DNA of 64,000 nt from Clostridia bacterium. GTDB taxonomy: Bacteria; Bacillota; Clostridia; TANB77; CAG-508. Below are positions 38,054 to 46,634 of the stretch, piece after piece; the first letter of the stretch is position 1; each line of letters begins with the position of its first letter. The DNA lies in NCBI GenBank assembly GCA_017517685.1, contig JAFWYK010000010.1, forward strand, positions 130,499-194,498. The letters run 5' to 3'. Made by a program: the position numbers and the translations under genes. Below the pieces are notes generated by a model that saw nothing but the letters and a program-made list of their open reading frames with translations, was not told the DNA's origin and made no database searches.

Positions 38054-38111
38054 TTTTGGAACCTCCTTATTGTTTCTTGAGTACATTTTAAAACATAAAA
38101 AACAAAAATAC

Positions 38112-38127
38112 TGTTGCTATAGCAACA
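38112..38127. promoter_or_regulatory. Palindrome TGTTGC-TATA-GCAACA (candidate operator, nrdD side)
   Basis: Perfect 16-bp inverted repeat about 60 nt upstream of the nrdD start. Confidence 0.5.
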
Positions 38128-38255
38128 AAGAGTTTAAAATGTTTTTGTGAATGGGGGAATTGGTTTAGCTAACCGTGTTTGGCGTTTTGTTAAGATTGTG
38201 TTACAAATGAATGATGTGTATAAATTGGGCTTTTAAAGCATAAAGAAAAAATAAA

Positions 38256-38273
38256 TTGTTGCCATGGCAACAA
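38256..38273. promoter_or_regulatory. Palindrome TTGTTGC-CATG-GCAACAA (candidate operator, crp/fnr side)
   Basis: Perfect 18-bp inverted repeat about 30 nt upstream of the regulator gene start. Same half-site as 38112..38127. Confidence 0.5.
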
Positions 38274-38304
38274 AAGTGTGATATATTGATTTTGGTGATG
38301 TATT

Positions 38305-38931
38305 ATGAAAAGAAATTTTGATGTAGATAACTTTATTAAAAGACTACAGTCACATTGTAGGTTGTGTGAAACAAAAGAGTTTCAAGAAGGGGAAGTAATA
38401 ACAACATTCTTACTAAGAAGAAATCAGTTTTGTATATTGCTTGAGGGTGAAGCTCAATTAATAACTTATGATATAGAAGGAAATAAAAAAATTCTGTATT
38501 ATTATAAAAAGAATGAAATATTTGGAGAGGCTTTGTTTAAAGTGCATATGAATAAAGAATTATTTGTTCTTGCTAAAAAGAAATGTAAAGTGCTTTTTTA
38601 TCCATATGATACTGCAGAGAATTGTACGGATTCATCATGCTTTTTTCACTTAGAGATATTAAGAAACTTGCCTGATTTAATTCTACACAATATTGCTGAG
38701 CAAAATTTTAGAATGATTCTTTTAACTTATAAAGGTGTAAGGGATAAATTATTAACGTATTTTAATTATTTATCATTAGAAAGTTCGAGTAAAACAATTG
38801 AAATTCCGTTTTCATTAACAGATCTTGCGGATTACTTAATGATAGAAAGAACAGCAATGATGAGAGAACTTAAGAGATTACAAGATGAAAATATAATTAG
38901 GAAGAATAAAAATAAAATAATATTATTATAA
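38305..38931 (+). CDS. Crp/Fnr-family transcriptional regulator
   Basis: An N-terminal cNMP-binding-like barrel and a C-terminal HTH (LTDLADYLMIERTAMMRELKRLQDENII). Confidence 0.75.
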   Translation: MKRNFDVDNFIKRLQSHCRLCETKEFQEGEVITTFLLRRNQFCILLEGEAQLITYDIEGNKKILYYYKKNEIFGEALFKVHMNKELFVLAKKKCKVLFYPYDTAENCTDSSCFFHLEILRNLPDLILHNIAEQNFRMILLTYKGVRDKLLTYFNYLSLESSSKTIEIPFSLTDLADYLMIERTAMMRELKRLQDENIIRKNKNKIILL

Positions 38932-38937
38932 AAAGAA

Positions 38938-38971
38938 AAGACTACAAACCTTGTGGGAATGTAGTCTTTTT
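38938..38971. terminator. Bidirectional terminator between crp/fnr and cassette C
   Basis: AAGACTACA/TGTAGTCTT stem flanked by an A-run and a T-run. Confidence 0.75.
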
Positions 38972-38985
38972 GCAGTTTTTCCACT

Positions 38986-39600
38986 TCAGAAAGCGGAATG
39001 GCTTTTGATTTTCTTGCGGTTTTGCTTTTCGAGAGTGCGTCTTGCTTCGAGCTCTGCAAAGAACTTTTCGGTTTTTGTGCGATCGCTCGCTGTGGTGATA
39101 GAACGTTTCCGAACATCTTCGAACACCTTGTCAGAGATGATGAGTTCAACACAAGCAAGATACAACACGTAGTCAAGGGGAGTCGTCTTATGGAAAGAAA
39201 ATACACGAGCGATTTCTGCTTTTGTTTGTTCAGGATGATTAGCAAAATATCTTGCGATATGAGCAATATCCTGTTTGGTAAATGCAGATAAGTGTTTTCT
39301 CTTTTCTATAAGCAAGTCATACTTGAGTTGACTCTTGTGACCGTTGTTGCCATGTGCTTTTTGGTTGACCTTGATTTTATCAAGGATCTTCTCTGCAGTT
39401 TCAATGCTCACCAAATGATGGGTGATTGCCATTGCGAGTAAGGTGTAGTAGGTACTTTCGGTAACGTTATATTTCTCAGTGAGAGAAGAGCGAGCATAAG
39501 TCGCGGACGACTTTGCATAGTCTACAGCAATAGCCCGTGCGAGTTTGTAAACTCCGGCTACAGTATTGCACCGACGAATGTCAAGAATTGTTCTTGCCAT
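38986..39600 (-). CDS. Hypothetical 204-aa protein, compositionally foreign, possibly DNA-binding (cassette C)
   Basis: About 45% GC. Start placed at ATG 39600 behind GGAGGTG. Two HTH-like stretches (EKYNVTESTYYTLL and TKAEIARVFSFHKTTPLDYV). Basic C-terminal tail. Confidence 0.75.
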   Translation of the reverse strand: MARTILDIRRCNTVAGVYKLARAIAVDYAKSSATYARSSLTEKYNVTESTYYTLLAMAITHHLVSIETAEKILDKIKVNQKAHGNNGHKSQLKYDLLIEKRKHLSAFTKQDIAHIARYFANHPEQTKAEIARVFSFHKTTPLDYVLYLACVELIISDKVFEDVRKRSITTASDRTKTEKFFAELEARRTLEKQNRKKIKSHSAF

Positions 39601-39649
39601 AGTAACACCTCCAATTGTAATAGTGTGTGAATTAATAAACTGCATATTA

Positions 39650-39678
39650 ATTATATCACAAAAAAGCGATTAAATCAA
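39650..39678 (-). promoter_or_regulatory. Sigma-A-type promoter of cassette C
   Basis: Minus strand TTGATT, 17 nt, TATAAT, preceded by TGA (extended -10). Confidence 0.6.
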
Positions 39679-39800
39679 TGTTTTAAGCGGTTTGATGAAA
39701 AGAATGAAATAGTTTAATTAAATTTATGAAAATTATTGATAAAAATTTTAATTTGTTATAAATTAATAATATAAGGAAAATTAATTTTAGGAGGTTACTT

Positions 39801-40175
39801 ATGAATCAAAAATTTTTAAAATGTGAACATTGTGGTAATATGGTTGCAGTAGTTAAAGAAACTGGTGTGCCAGTAATGTGCTGCGGAGAAGCTATGAAAG
39901 AAGTTATTCCAGGAACAGTAGATGCATCAAGAGAAAAACATGTACCAACTTATGTTGTTGATGGAAATAAAGTTATTGTTAAAGTAGGAGAAATAGAACA
40001 TCCAATGCAAGATGAACATTATATTGAATGGGTGTCTCTACAAACAAAAGCAGGAAATCAAAGAAAAGCTTTAAAACCAAATGATAAACCAGAAGTATGT
40101 TTTGTTATTTGCGATGGAGATGAAATAGAAGCTGTATATGCATATTGTAATTTACATGGACTATGGAAAGCTTAG
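39801..40175 (+). CDS. dfx: Desulfoferrodoxin (2Fe superoxide reductase)
   Basis: N-terminal CEHCGN...CCGE desulforedoxin-type site. Center II ligands in KHVP, EHPM..HYIEW and CNLHGLW. 124 aa. Confidence 0.9.
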   Translation: MNQKFLKCEHCGNMVAVVKETGVPVMCCGEAMKEVIPGTVDASREKHVPTYVVDGNKVIVKVGEIEHPMQDEHYIEWVSLQTKAGNQRKALKPNDKPEVCFVICDGDEIEAVYAYCNLHGLWKA

Positions 40176-40193
40176 AATATAAATACATATAAG

Positions 40194-40227
40194 AAAAGCA
40201 CCCTGCCGGTATGGTAGGGTGCTTTTT
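40194..40227. terminator. Bidirectional GC-rich terminator between dfx and cassette D
   Basis: GCACCCT/AGGGTGC stem flanked by AAAA and TTTTT. Confidence 0.75.
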
Positions 40228-40269
40228 GTCAGATAAATGCCAAGTAGATGCGTCTGGTTTATGAGTTAC

Positions 40270-40632
40270 TTAAATTTGTTTTTTGGGTTCAATGCAGTAT
40301 CTTGCAAAAGGTTCTTGTTCCTCAAGTTTGTCATATTCTGCATTGTAATTAAATTCAACAACCTTGAAATCTTCTTCGAAAGACCGAAGAAGTTCAACAG
40401 CGTTTTCAAAAGAAAAATTGTTGGTTACGACGATACTCAAAATATTATCAGACTGGATGAACTGGCAGGTATCGGAAGTAATATAAAATTTAGATAAGAT
40501 GTCTTCAATATCTATAAATGTTTTTTTCCATTCTCTTTTCCGTTTCGCCATAGTTTCATCATGATCTTTTTGCAGTTTATAGATTACATCATTGCCTAAC
40601 AGGGCAATTACAATTTCTTTCACAGGTGTCAT
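40270..40632 (-). CDS. Hypothetical 120-aa protein (cassette D, mildly atypical composition)
   Basis: SD AGGAGGG. 30-37% GC in sampled lines, with local CG-rich patches. Own promoter. I recognise no motif. Confidence 0.65.
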   Translation of the reverse strand: MTPVKEIVIALLGNDVIYKLQKDHDETMAKRKREWKKTFIDIEDILSKFYITSDTCQFIQSDNILSIVVTNNFSFENAVELLRSFEEDFKVVEFNYNAEYDKLEEQEPFARYCIEPKKQI

Positions 40633-40706
40633 TCTAACCCTCCTATTATAGAAAACGTCTTACACTCTGACTAATGTAAATATTTCAATAAACTTGACAT
40701 AATATT

Positions 40707-40735
40707 AGTATAGCATAGAAAGGGCTATAAGTCAA
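40707..40735 (-). promoter_or_regulatory. Sigma-A-type promoter of cassette D
   Basis: Minus strand TTGACT, 17 nt, TATACT. Confidence 0.55.
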
Positions 40736-40797
40736 AAATGATAAGGGATAGGAGAAAATAAAAGAACACTTAAGTTTTTACTTAAGTGTTCTTTACT

Positions 40798-41955
40798 TTA
40801 ACTAAAAGGTCTATCAATTTCGATTACATAGTAATACATTTCTTTTTCTGGAACTATAGTTTGAGTTAAGTGATTGATAATTAATTCTTCTGTATAATCT
40901 TTTTCAAAAGGTACTATACAATCGAAAAGAATATTTGTATGGGTTATTCCTTCTACAATTCTAAAATCATGTATTTTAAGTTCTTGATCTAATTTTTTTA
41001 TTGATTCGATGACTAATTTATGTAATTTGTCTACTTTTGGATTATTAAGTTCAATAGGGTCCATATGTATTGTAAGTTGAATTCCAAGTTCATCTTTAAA
41101 ATCTTTTTCAATATTGTCCATCATATCATGTGCCTTCATAATATCAAGTTTTGAATCGATTTCAACATGTACTGTGACGAAGTCATTATGAACTCCATAA
41201 TTATGTATTACTAAATCATGAATTCCTTGAACATTTTCATAAGATAATAATTTTTTTGATATTTCTTCTACTTGTTCTTCTGTTGGAACGATACCGATAA
41301 TTGGTTCTAATACCTCTTTAATCATTCCTGTTGCACTATAAATAATTAAACCTGAAACAGCTAGTCCTAAAATACCATCTAAATTAATTTTAAATATTCC
41401 CATGATAATCATAGAAATTAAAATTGCAGTTGTTGAAATAATATCATTTCTTGTATCAATAGCATTTGTTTTTAATGTATTTGAATCAATCGCTTTTGCA
41501 AAATCTAAATAAACAAACATTTGGATAATTTTTCCGATGATTGCGATTACTAAAATAATGTAAGTAATACTGTTAATAGTTAATTCCTCTGGATTAAATA
41601 TTTTTGTAAGTGATTCTTTTGCAAATGTAAGTCCCATTATAAGCATTAAAATAGCAATTACAAAACCTGCTACATATTCATAACGAGCATAACCATATGG
41701 ATGATTTTTATCAGGTTTTTTACTTGAAAGTTTAAAACCAATTATAGTTAAGATTGATGATGCGGTATCTGCAATGTTATTAATTGCATCTGCCATAATA
41801 CTAACACTATTTGAAATAATACCTATAATGATTTTGATTATTCCAAGTACTAAGTTTGTAACTATTCCAAATGCACCAGCAACTTTTCCATAATTATTTC
41901 TTACTTCAGGATCTTGTGTATTTGTATAGTTTTTGATAAATAATTTTTTTAACAT
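40798..41955 (-). CDS. Cation diffusion facilitator (CDF) family metal efflux transporter
   Basis: Six TM helices with the DA..N..D pattern in TM2/TM5 and a C-terminal cytoplasmic domain. Hairpin terminator at 40766..40797. Confidence 0.85.
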   Translation of the reverse strand: MLKKLFIKNYTNTQDPEVRNNYGKVAGAFGIVTNLVLGIIKIIIGIISNSVSIMADAINNIADTASSILTIIGFKLSSKKPDKNHPYGYARYEYVAGFVIAILMLIMGLTFAKESLTKIFNPEELTINSITYIILVIAIIGKIIQMFVYLDFAKAIDSNTLKTNAIDTRNDIISTTAILISMIIMGIFKINLDGILGLAVSGLIIYSATGMIKEVLEPIIGIVPTEEQVEEISKKLLSYENVQGIHDLVIHNYGVHNDFVTVHVEIDSKLDIMKAHDMMDNIEKDFKDELGIQLTIHMDPIELNNPKVDKLHKLVIESIKKLDQELKIHDFRIVEGITHTNILFDCIVPFEKDYTEELIINHLTQTIVPEKEMYYYVIEIDRPFS

Positions 41956-42022
41956 ACATAACTCCCTTAAACATATTATTTTAATAAAGTTTACTATAAA
42001 AAATGGTAAAAATCAAGAAATG

Positions 42023-42670
42023 TTATGTAGTTGATAATATAGTTAAAAGAATAGAAATTATTTCTTTGGGAGAATTATCTTTTGAAAATGGAAGTGAAGA
42101 TGCTTTTGATGTAGATATACTATCGATAATTTCTATAACGGATCTTTTGATTGAGTTAGTGATGCTGTTAGTACTTATGTTATATTTTTCGGATATAAAT
42201 GAATATATGCGATTTATAGATTTATTGTTGATAATTTTTTCACTATGTGTTAACGCATAGTAAAGTGAATCTCTTAGCAGATAAGTTCCTTCTGAAAATG
42301 GATTAAATTTGTAAGATATTAAAAGACCATTTATTGCGAGTTTTATAGACATAGAAGTAATTGGGTCTAGTATTAATTGGTTTGAATTGTCTTGTGGGAG
42401 ACTTGTATAAAAAATCGAATTTTTTATATTAATATATTCAGAGCTAATTAATATAATTCTAGTTGATTTATTAAGTTTTAGAAACTTTAGTTCTAAATTA
42501 TCTGTAATCAATAAATCAATTTTATACTTCTTTAAATATTTCTTAAGAGTTTTAATATTTGAAATAATTGATAATGTTTTTATGTGTATAAAATTATTTA
42601 GTTCTGGCTTTATATATTTGATAAGTTGATTAGTATTTTCTGTATTATTGTTAAAAATTACTACATTCAT
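42023..42670 (-). CDS. Orphan regulator-like protein with a degenerate receiver-like N-domain and a Spo0A-C-like DNA-binding C-domain
   Basis: The N-terminus has a CheY-like beta-alpha periodicity but no clear acidic pocket. The C-terminal part (TNSITNSIKRSVIE...SPKEIISILL) resembles the Spo0A effector-domain pattern. Confidence 0.45.
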   Translation of the reverse strand: MNVVIFNNNTENTNQLIKYIKPELNNFIHIKTLSIISNIKTLKKYLKKYKIDLLITDNLELKFLKLNKSTRIILISSEYINIKNSIFYTSLPQDNSNQLILDPITSMSIKLAINGLLISYKFNPFSEGTYLLRDSLYYALTHSEKIINNKSINRIYSFISEKYNISTNSITNSIKRSVIEIIDSISTSKASSLPFSKDNSPKEIISILLTILSTT

Positions 42671-42859
42671 TTTAAAAATACCTCCAATTTATTATTAATT
42701 TTTAAATTTAAAAAAGTGACATAAATATTCTGGTGACTTGGTTATAACTATTTTTTTGGAAATTTAATTTTGTGTATGAAGAAAAAAATTATATATTTTT
42801 TTGTGTTTTTGTATTATTTTATTTCTTGTTGAAAAATTTAAAATTAGGGGGTACAAAAA

Positions 42860-43787
42860 TTGAAAAGTTTATTGGTAAAGAATAATAAAGAAGAGGAGGA
42901 AAAATCCGGAATAGTACTAGAAAAAATGTATTATATGTTTATAATGTTACTTACATTAACATTTGGATTTGATGTGTATACACAACTTGGAGAATATCAT
43001 GTTTATAGTGATAAGAATAAATTTGATTTCTGCCTCAAAAATTGCGTTTTATTAATGATGATTATATCATCAATAGTGTATTCATCTTTAATAAGACGCA
43101 TTATAATAACAGATAAAGCTAAAATAAGTAATCAAGAATGTGTTAATAAAACATTGATGGAAGTGAATGAAGAATTAAAATGTTTTAAACATGATTTTTA
43201 TAATATTATTCAAGCTATAAATGGTTATTTGTATTTAAATGATTTGATTCGGATTAAAAAAGTATTATAATCGTTTGATAACTGATATAAATGAAGTGGA
43301 ATTGTTAGAAAGTGTAGGAATAAGGTTAAAAAATAATCCCGCGATTTTAGGAATAGTATTAGATAAATTAAAGAGATGTAAAGATAATGGAGTGGAATTT
43401 TATATAGAAATAGATCATGTTGTTGAAGAGTTGGGATGTAAAAACTTTAATGCAGCTAGAGTGTTAGGAATACTAATAGATAATGCAATTGAGGCTTCTT
43501 TAGAATGTGAGAAGAAAATGGTGTTTTTGAAATTTACTAAATCAATAGTAAATAGTAATGGAAATGAAAAACAAGAAGAGAGTATTGAAATAAAAAATAC
43601 TTATATAGATATAGGATTAGATATGGATAAAATGTATGATAAATATTATACGACAAAAAATAATGGAAAAAATCAAGGTCTTGGACTTTGGAAAGTGGGA
43701 AAAATTGTTAGAAAAAACGATGATCTTGAAATATATACAACAGTAAATGAAGAGATATTTACTCAAAATTTAAAAATATGTGTATAA
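42860..43787 (+). pseudogene. AgrC/HPK10-like GHKL histidine kinase split by a frameshift in an A6 run
   Basis: ORF 42860..43270 carries TM segments and the H-box FKHDFYNIIQAINGY. ORF 43275..43787 carries the N-box LIDNAIEAS and the G-box GLGLW. Deleting one A from 43256..43261 joins them as ...LIRIKKYYNRLITDINEV... Confidence 0.7.
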
Positions 43788-43823
43788 ATTGTGGAAAAAC
43801 TTTAAAAAAGTTATTAAAAAGGC

Positions 43824-43852
43824 TTGCATAAGTAGAAAAAAACTGTTATAAT
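43824..43852 (+). promoter_or_regulatory. rpsB-tsf promoter
   Basis: TTGCAT, 17 nt, TATAAT. A roughly 120-nt structured leader follows. Confidence 0.6.
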
Positions 43853-43974
43853 GTCATAGTTATTAGATAACACACATAAATGGAGTTTTAAATTGTGCTA
43901 ATTACTAAGGAGTAATAGTTGTTTGAGACGTTGAAGTTTATGGAGGAAAAAACAAATTTAAGGAGGAAATTAAA

Positions 43975-44745
43975 ATGGCAGTAGTTGCAATGAAACAATT
44001 ACTTGAAGCAGGTGTTCATTTCGGACATCAAACAAGAAGATGGGATCCTAAAATGGCTGAATATATTTTCCAAGCTAGAAATGGTATCCACATTATCGAT
44101 TTACAAAAAACATCAAAAAAATTAGATGAAGCTTACAAATTCATCAAAGAACAAGCTGAAGAAGGAAAAACAGTTCTTTTTGTAGGAACTAAAAAACAAG
44201 CACAAGAGTGCGTAAAAGAAGCAGCTCAAAAATGTAACATGTACTATGTTGACCAAAGATGGTTAGGTGGTATGCTTACAAACTTCAAAACAATCGAAGG
44301 AAGAATCCAAAGATTAAAAGACTTAGAAGTAATGTCAACAGATGGAACATTCGAAGTTTTACCTAAAAAAGAAGTTGCTGGATTAAAAAATGAAATGGAA
44401 AAATTAGAGAAAAACCTTGGTGGAATCAAAGATATGAAAGAAATGCCAGGAGTTATGTTCGTAGTTGATCCTAAAAAAGAAAGAATTGCTATTTTAGAAG
44501 CAAGAAAATTAGGTATTCCAGTTGTAGGATTAGTTGATACAAACTGTAACCCAGAAGATGTTGACTATGCTATTCCAGGAAACGATGATGCTATAAGAGC
44601 TGTTAAATTAATAGCTGATGTTATGGCTAACGCTGTTATCGAAGGAAGACAAGGAGAAGATGCTGAAGTATCTTCAGAAATGGAAGAAATCGCTAACGCT
44701 GAAGAAGCAACAGATATGGAAACAGTTGCTCAAGACGAAGAATAA
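43975..44745 (+). CDS. rpsB: 30S ribosomal protein S2
   Basis: [27 protein letters not shown] is the canonical S2 N-terminus. Confidence 0.97.
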   Translation: MAVVAMKQLLEAGVHFGHQTRRWDPKMAEYIFQARNGIHIIDLQKTSKKLDEAYKFIKEQAEEGKTVLFVGTKKQAQECVKEAAQKCNMYYVDQRWLGGMLTNFKTIEGRIQRLKDLEVMSTDGTFEVLPKKEVAGLKNEMEKLEKNLGGIKDMKEMPGVMFVVDPKKERIAILEARKLGIPVVGLVDTNCNPEDVDYAIPGNDDAIRAVKLIADVMANAVIEGRQGEDAEVSSEMEEIANAEEATDMETVAQDEE

Positions 44746-44823
44746 TAAATAGTTAATTATAAAAAGGGCGCATTACTAGATAAAGTATAAACGCCCTAAT
44801 TTTAAATATTGGGAGGTAACAAA

Positions 44824-45699
44824 ATGATAACTGCTGAATTAGTTAAAGAACTAAGAGAAAAAACAGGTGCAGGAATGATGGACTGCAAAAAAGTTTTAAC
44901 AGAAACAGATGGAGATATGGAAAAAGCAGCTGAATTATTAAGAGAAAGAGGAATAGCTAAAGCAGCTAAAAAATCTGGAAGAATAGCAGCTGAAGGACTT
45001 GTTGCTACATTCGTATCAGCTGATAAAAAAGTTGGATCAGTAGTAGAAGTTAACGCAGAAACAGACTTTGTTGCTAAAAATGAAGAATTTGTTAACTTTG
45101 TTAACGACGTAGCTGAAATCGTAGCTACAGAAGCTCCAGCAGACGTTGAAGCATTACTTGCTACAACATATAAAAATGCTGGTAAAACAGTTCAAGAAGT
45201 ATTAACAGAAAAAATCGCAACAATCGGAGAAAATATGTCAATCAGAAGATTTGATAGATTTGAATCTCAAGGATTAGTTGAAAGTTATATTCACGGAGCA
45301 GGAAAAATCGCTGTATTAGTAGATTTCGCTAAAGGTGAAACAGAATTAGCTAAAGACGTTTGTATGCAAATCGCTGCAGCTAAACCAGAATACTTTAACA
45401 GAGAAGCTGTTCCACAAGAAAGAGTTGCTAAAGAGATGGAAATCTTAAAAGCACAAGCTATGAATGAAGGAAAACCAGCTGAAATAGCTGAAAAAATGGT
45501 TCAAGGAAGAATCGGAAAATTCTATTCAGAAATTTGCTTATTAGACCAAGAATTTGTTAAAGATTCAAGCGTTAAAGTTGGAGATTTAATCAAAAACAAA
45601 GGTGCTGAAATGGTAAGATTTGCAAGATTTGAAAAAGGTGAAGGAATCGAGAAAAAAGAAGAAAACTTTGCTGAAGAAGTAATGAAACAATTACAATAA
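44824..45699 (+). CDS. tsf: Translation elongation factor Ts
   Basis: ITAELVKELREKTGAGMMDCKKVL is the UBA-like N-terminus of EF-Ts. Start placed at ATG 44824 behind GGGAGG. Confidence 0.97.
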   Translation: MITAELVKELREKTGAGMMDCKKVLTETDGDMEKAAELLRERGIAKAAKKSGRIAAEGLVATFVSADKKVGSVVEVNAETDFVAKNEEFVNFVNDVAEIVATEAPADVEALLATTYKNAGKTVQEVLTEKIATIGENMSIRRFDRFESQGLVESYIHGAGKIAVLVDFAKGETELAKDVCMQIAAAKPEYFNREAVPQERVAKEMEILKAQAMNEGKPAEIAEKMVQGRIGKFYSEICLLDQEFVKDSSVKVGDLIKNKGAEMVRFARFEKGEGIEKKEENFAEEVMKQLQ

Positions 45700-45773
45700 T
45701 AAATTTAAGACACATCGAAAGATGTGTCTTTTTTTATGTTGATTTATAAGTACTTATATTATATAATTTTATT

Positions 45774-46358
45774 ATGAAACAAATAAGCAGATTAAAAATG
45801 AAAAAATATTTAAAGACAGTTACATTATTATTTTTTTTAATAATTGTTATGTTTTCAATAAAAGTAAAGGCTCTTGAATTTGAGCCGATTGATGAATTTT
45901 CAATTAATAGCACACCAATTGTAGAATTAATTGTTAATCTAAAACTAAATAAAAAAGACTATTCTAATTATAAAATAAGTTTTTTTGATAAGTTCGATAA
46001 TAGCATTAAATTACTAGAAAAAGTTGATGAAGATACTTTTAGATTAAGTGATAGTTATTGCGTTGGTTGCCAACCTAATATAGAAGGATATTTTTTAATT
46101 GATGATGGAAAAAAAGTTTTGGCATCAAAAGATTATTCATTTGTTACTAAAGGTTTAAAACACGAAGTTAATATTTCTAGCGTTTCATTATTGATTTTTA
46201 CGGTTTTATCTACGCCTAAGGTACTAGTGCAAAATTTCTTACATTCTAATGGAATGCTTGGAATGTTAATGGTTGAAATATTGAAAATATTATCTATAGT
46301 AGTATTACTTGTAATAATAACATTAATTGTTGTTGGGAAAAAAAGGAAAAATAAGTAA
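45774..46358 (+). CDS. Hypothetical secreted/membrane protein
   Basis: Signal-like N-terminus (the start may be ATG 45798) and a C-terminal TM anchor followed by KKRKNK. Confidence 0.55.
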   Translation: MKQISRLKMKKYLKTVTLLFFLIIVMFSIKVKALEFEPIDEFSINSTPIVELIVNLKLNKKDYSNYKISFFDKFDNSIKLLEKVDEDTFRLSDSYCVGCQPNIEGYFLIDDGKKVLASKDYSFVTKGLKHEVNISSVSLLIFTVLSTPKVLVQNFLHSNGMLGMLMVEILKILSIVVLLVIITLIVVGKKRKNK

Positions 46359-46452
46359 TGTGTCTTTTTTGTAACTTTAATAAAATTTTCTTGATTTTTA
46401 AAAATAAATATAGTAAAATTTTTAAGAATGTAAATAACGAAAGGAATACAAA

Positions 46453-46569
46453 ATGGCAAGATTAGTAAAAACTAACAAAATAAGAACAGATGCGACATTC
46501 AAGGCTATGTATTTAGTTTTATTTATATTCTCAATTTTAAATTTAATATTATTTTTTATAAAACACTAA
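46453..46569 (+). CDS. Candidate 38-aa small membrane protein or leader peptide upstream of carAB
   Basis: Not in the ORF track because it is under 60 aa. Promoter TTGATT-17-TAAAAT at 46391..46419, SD AAAGGAA. Sequence MARLVKTNKIRTDATFKAMYLVLFIFSILNLILFFIKH. The stop codon lies inside terminator 46562..46593. Confidence 0.4.
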   Translation: MARLVKTNKIRTDATFKAMYLVLFIFSILNLILFFIKH

Positions 46570-46593
46570 TTTTTTTAATTAGTGTTTTTTTTT
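46562..46593 (+). terminator. Terminator/attenuator between the sORF and carA
   Basis: AACACTAA/TTAGTGTT stem followed by nine T, 41 nt before the carA ATG. Confidence 0.7.
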
Positions 46594-46634
46594 GAAGCTA
46601 AACATAAAATGTTAAATAAAGAAAGGATGAAAAA

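Noticed and set aside
38832-39291. Overlapping ORFs 38832..39266 (-), 38951..39172 (+) and 38998..39291 (+) inside cassette C.
   Set aside because: These are shadow or alternative-frame ORFs typical of GC-richer sequence. They cross the bidirectional terminator or lack an SD. The 38986..39600 frame has GGAGGTG plus ATG and a matching promoter.
40237-40497. 86-aa plus-strand ORF antisense to cassette D.
   Set aside because: It is codon-aligned antisense, starts inside the terminator region after dfx, and has no SD.
42003-42260. 85-aa plus-strand ORF antisense to the Spo0A-C-like gene. Similar antisense ORFs occur at 2280..2501, 7595..7864, 17827..18135, 28583..28900, 50580..50918 and 54181..54510.
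   Set aside because: They lie inside well-supported genes on the opposite strand and have no SD or promoter. Their Ile/Leu/Phe/Ser-rich composition is typical of antisense frames in AT-rich DNA.
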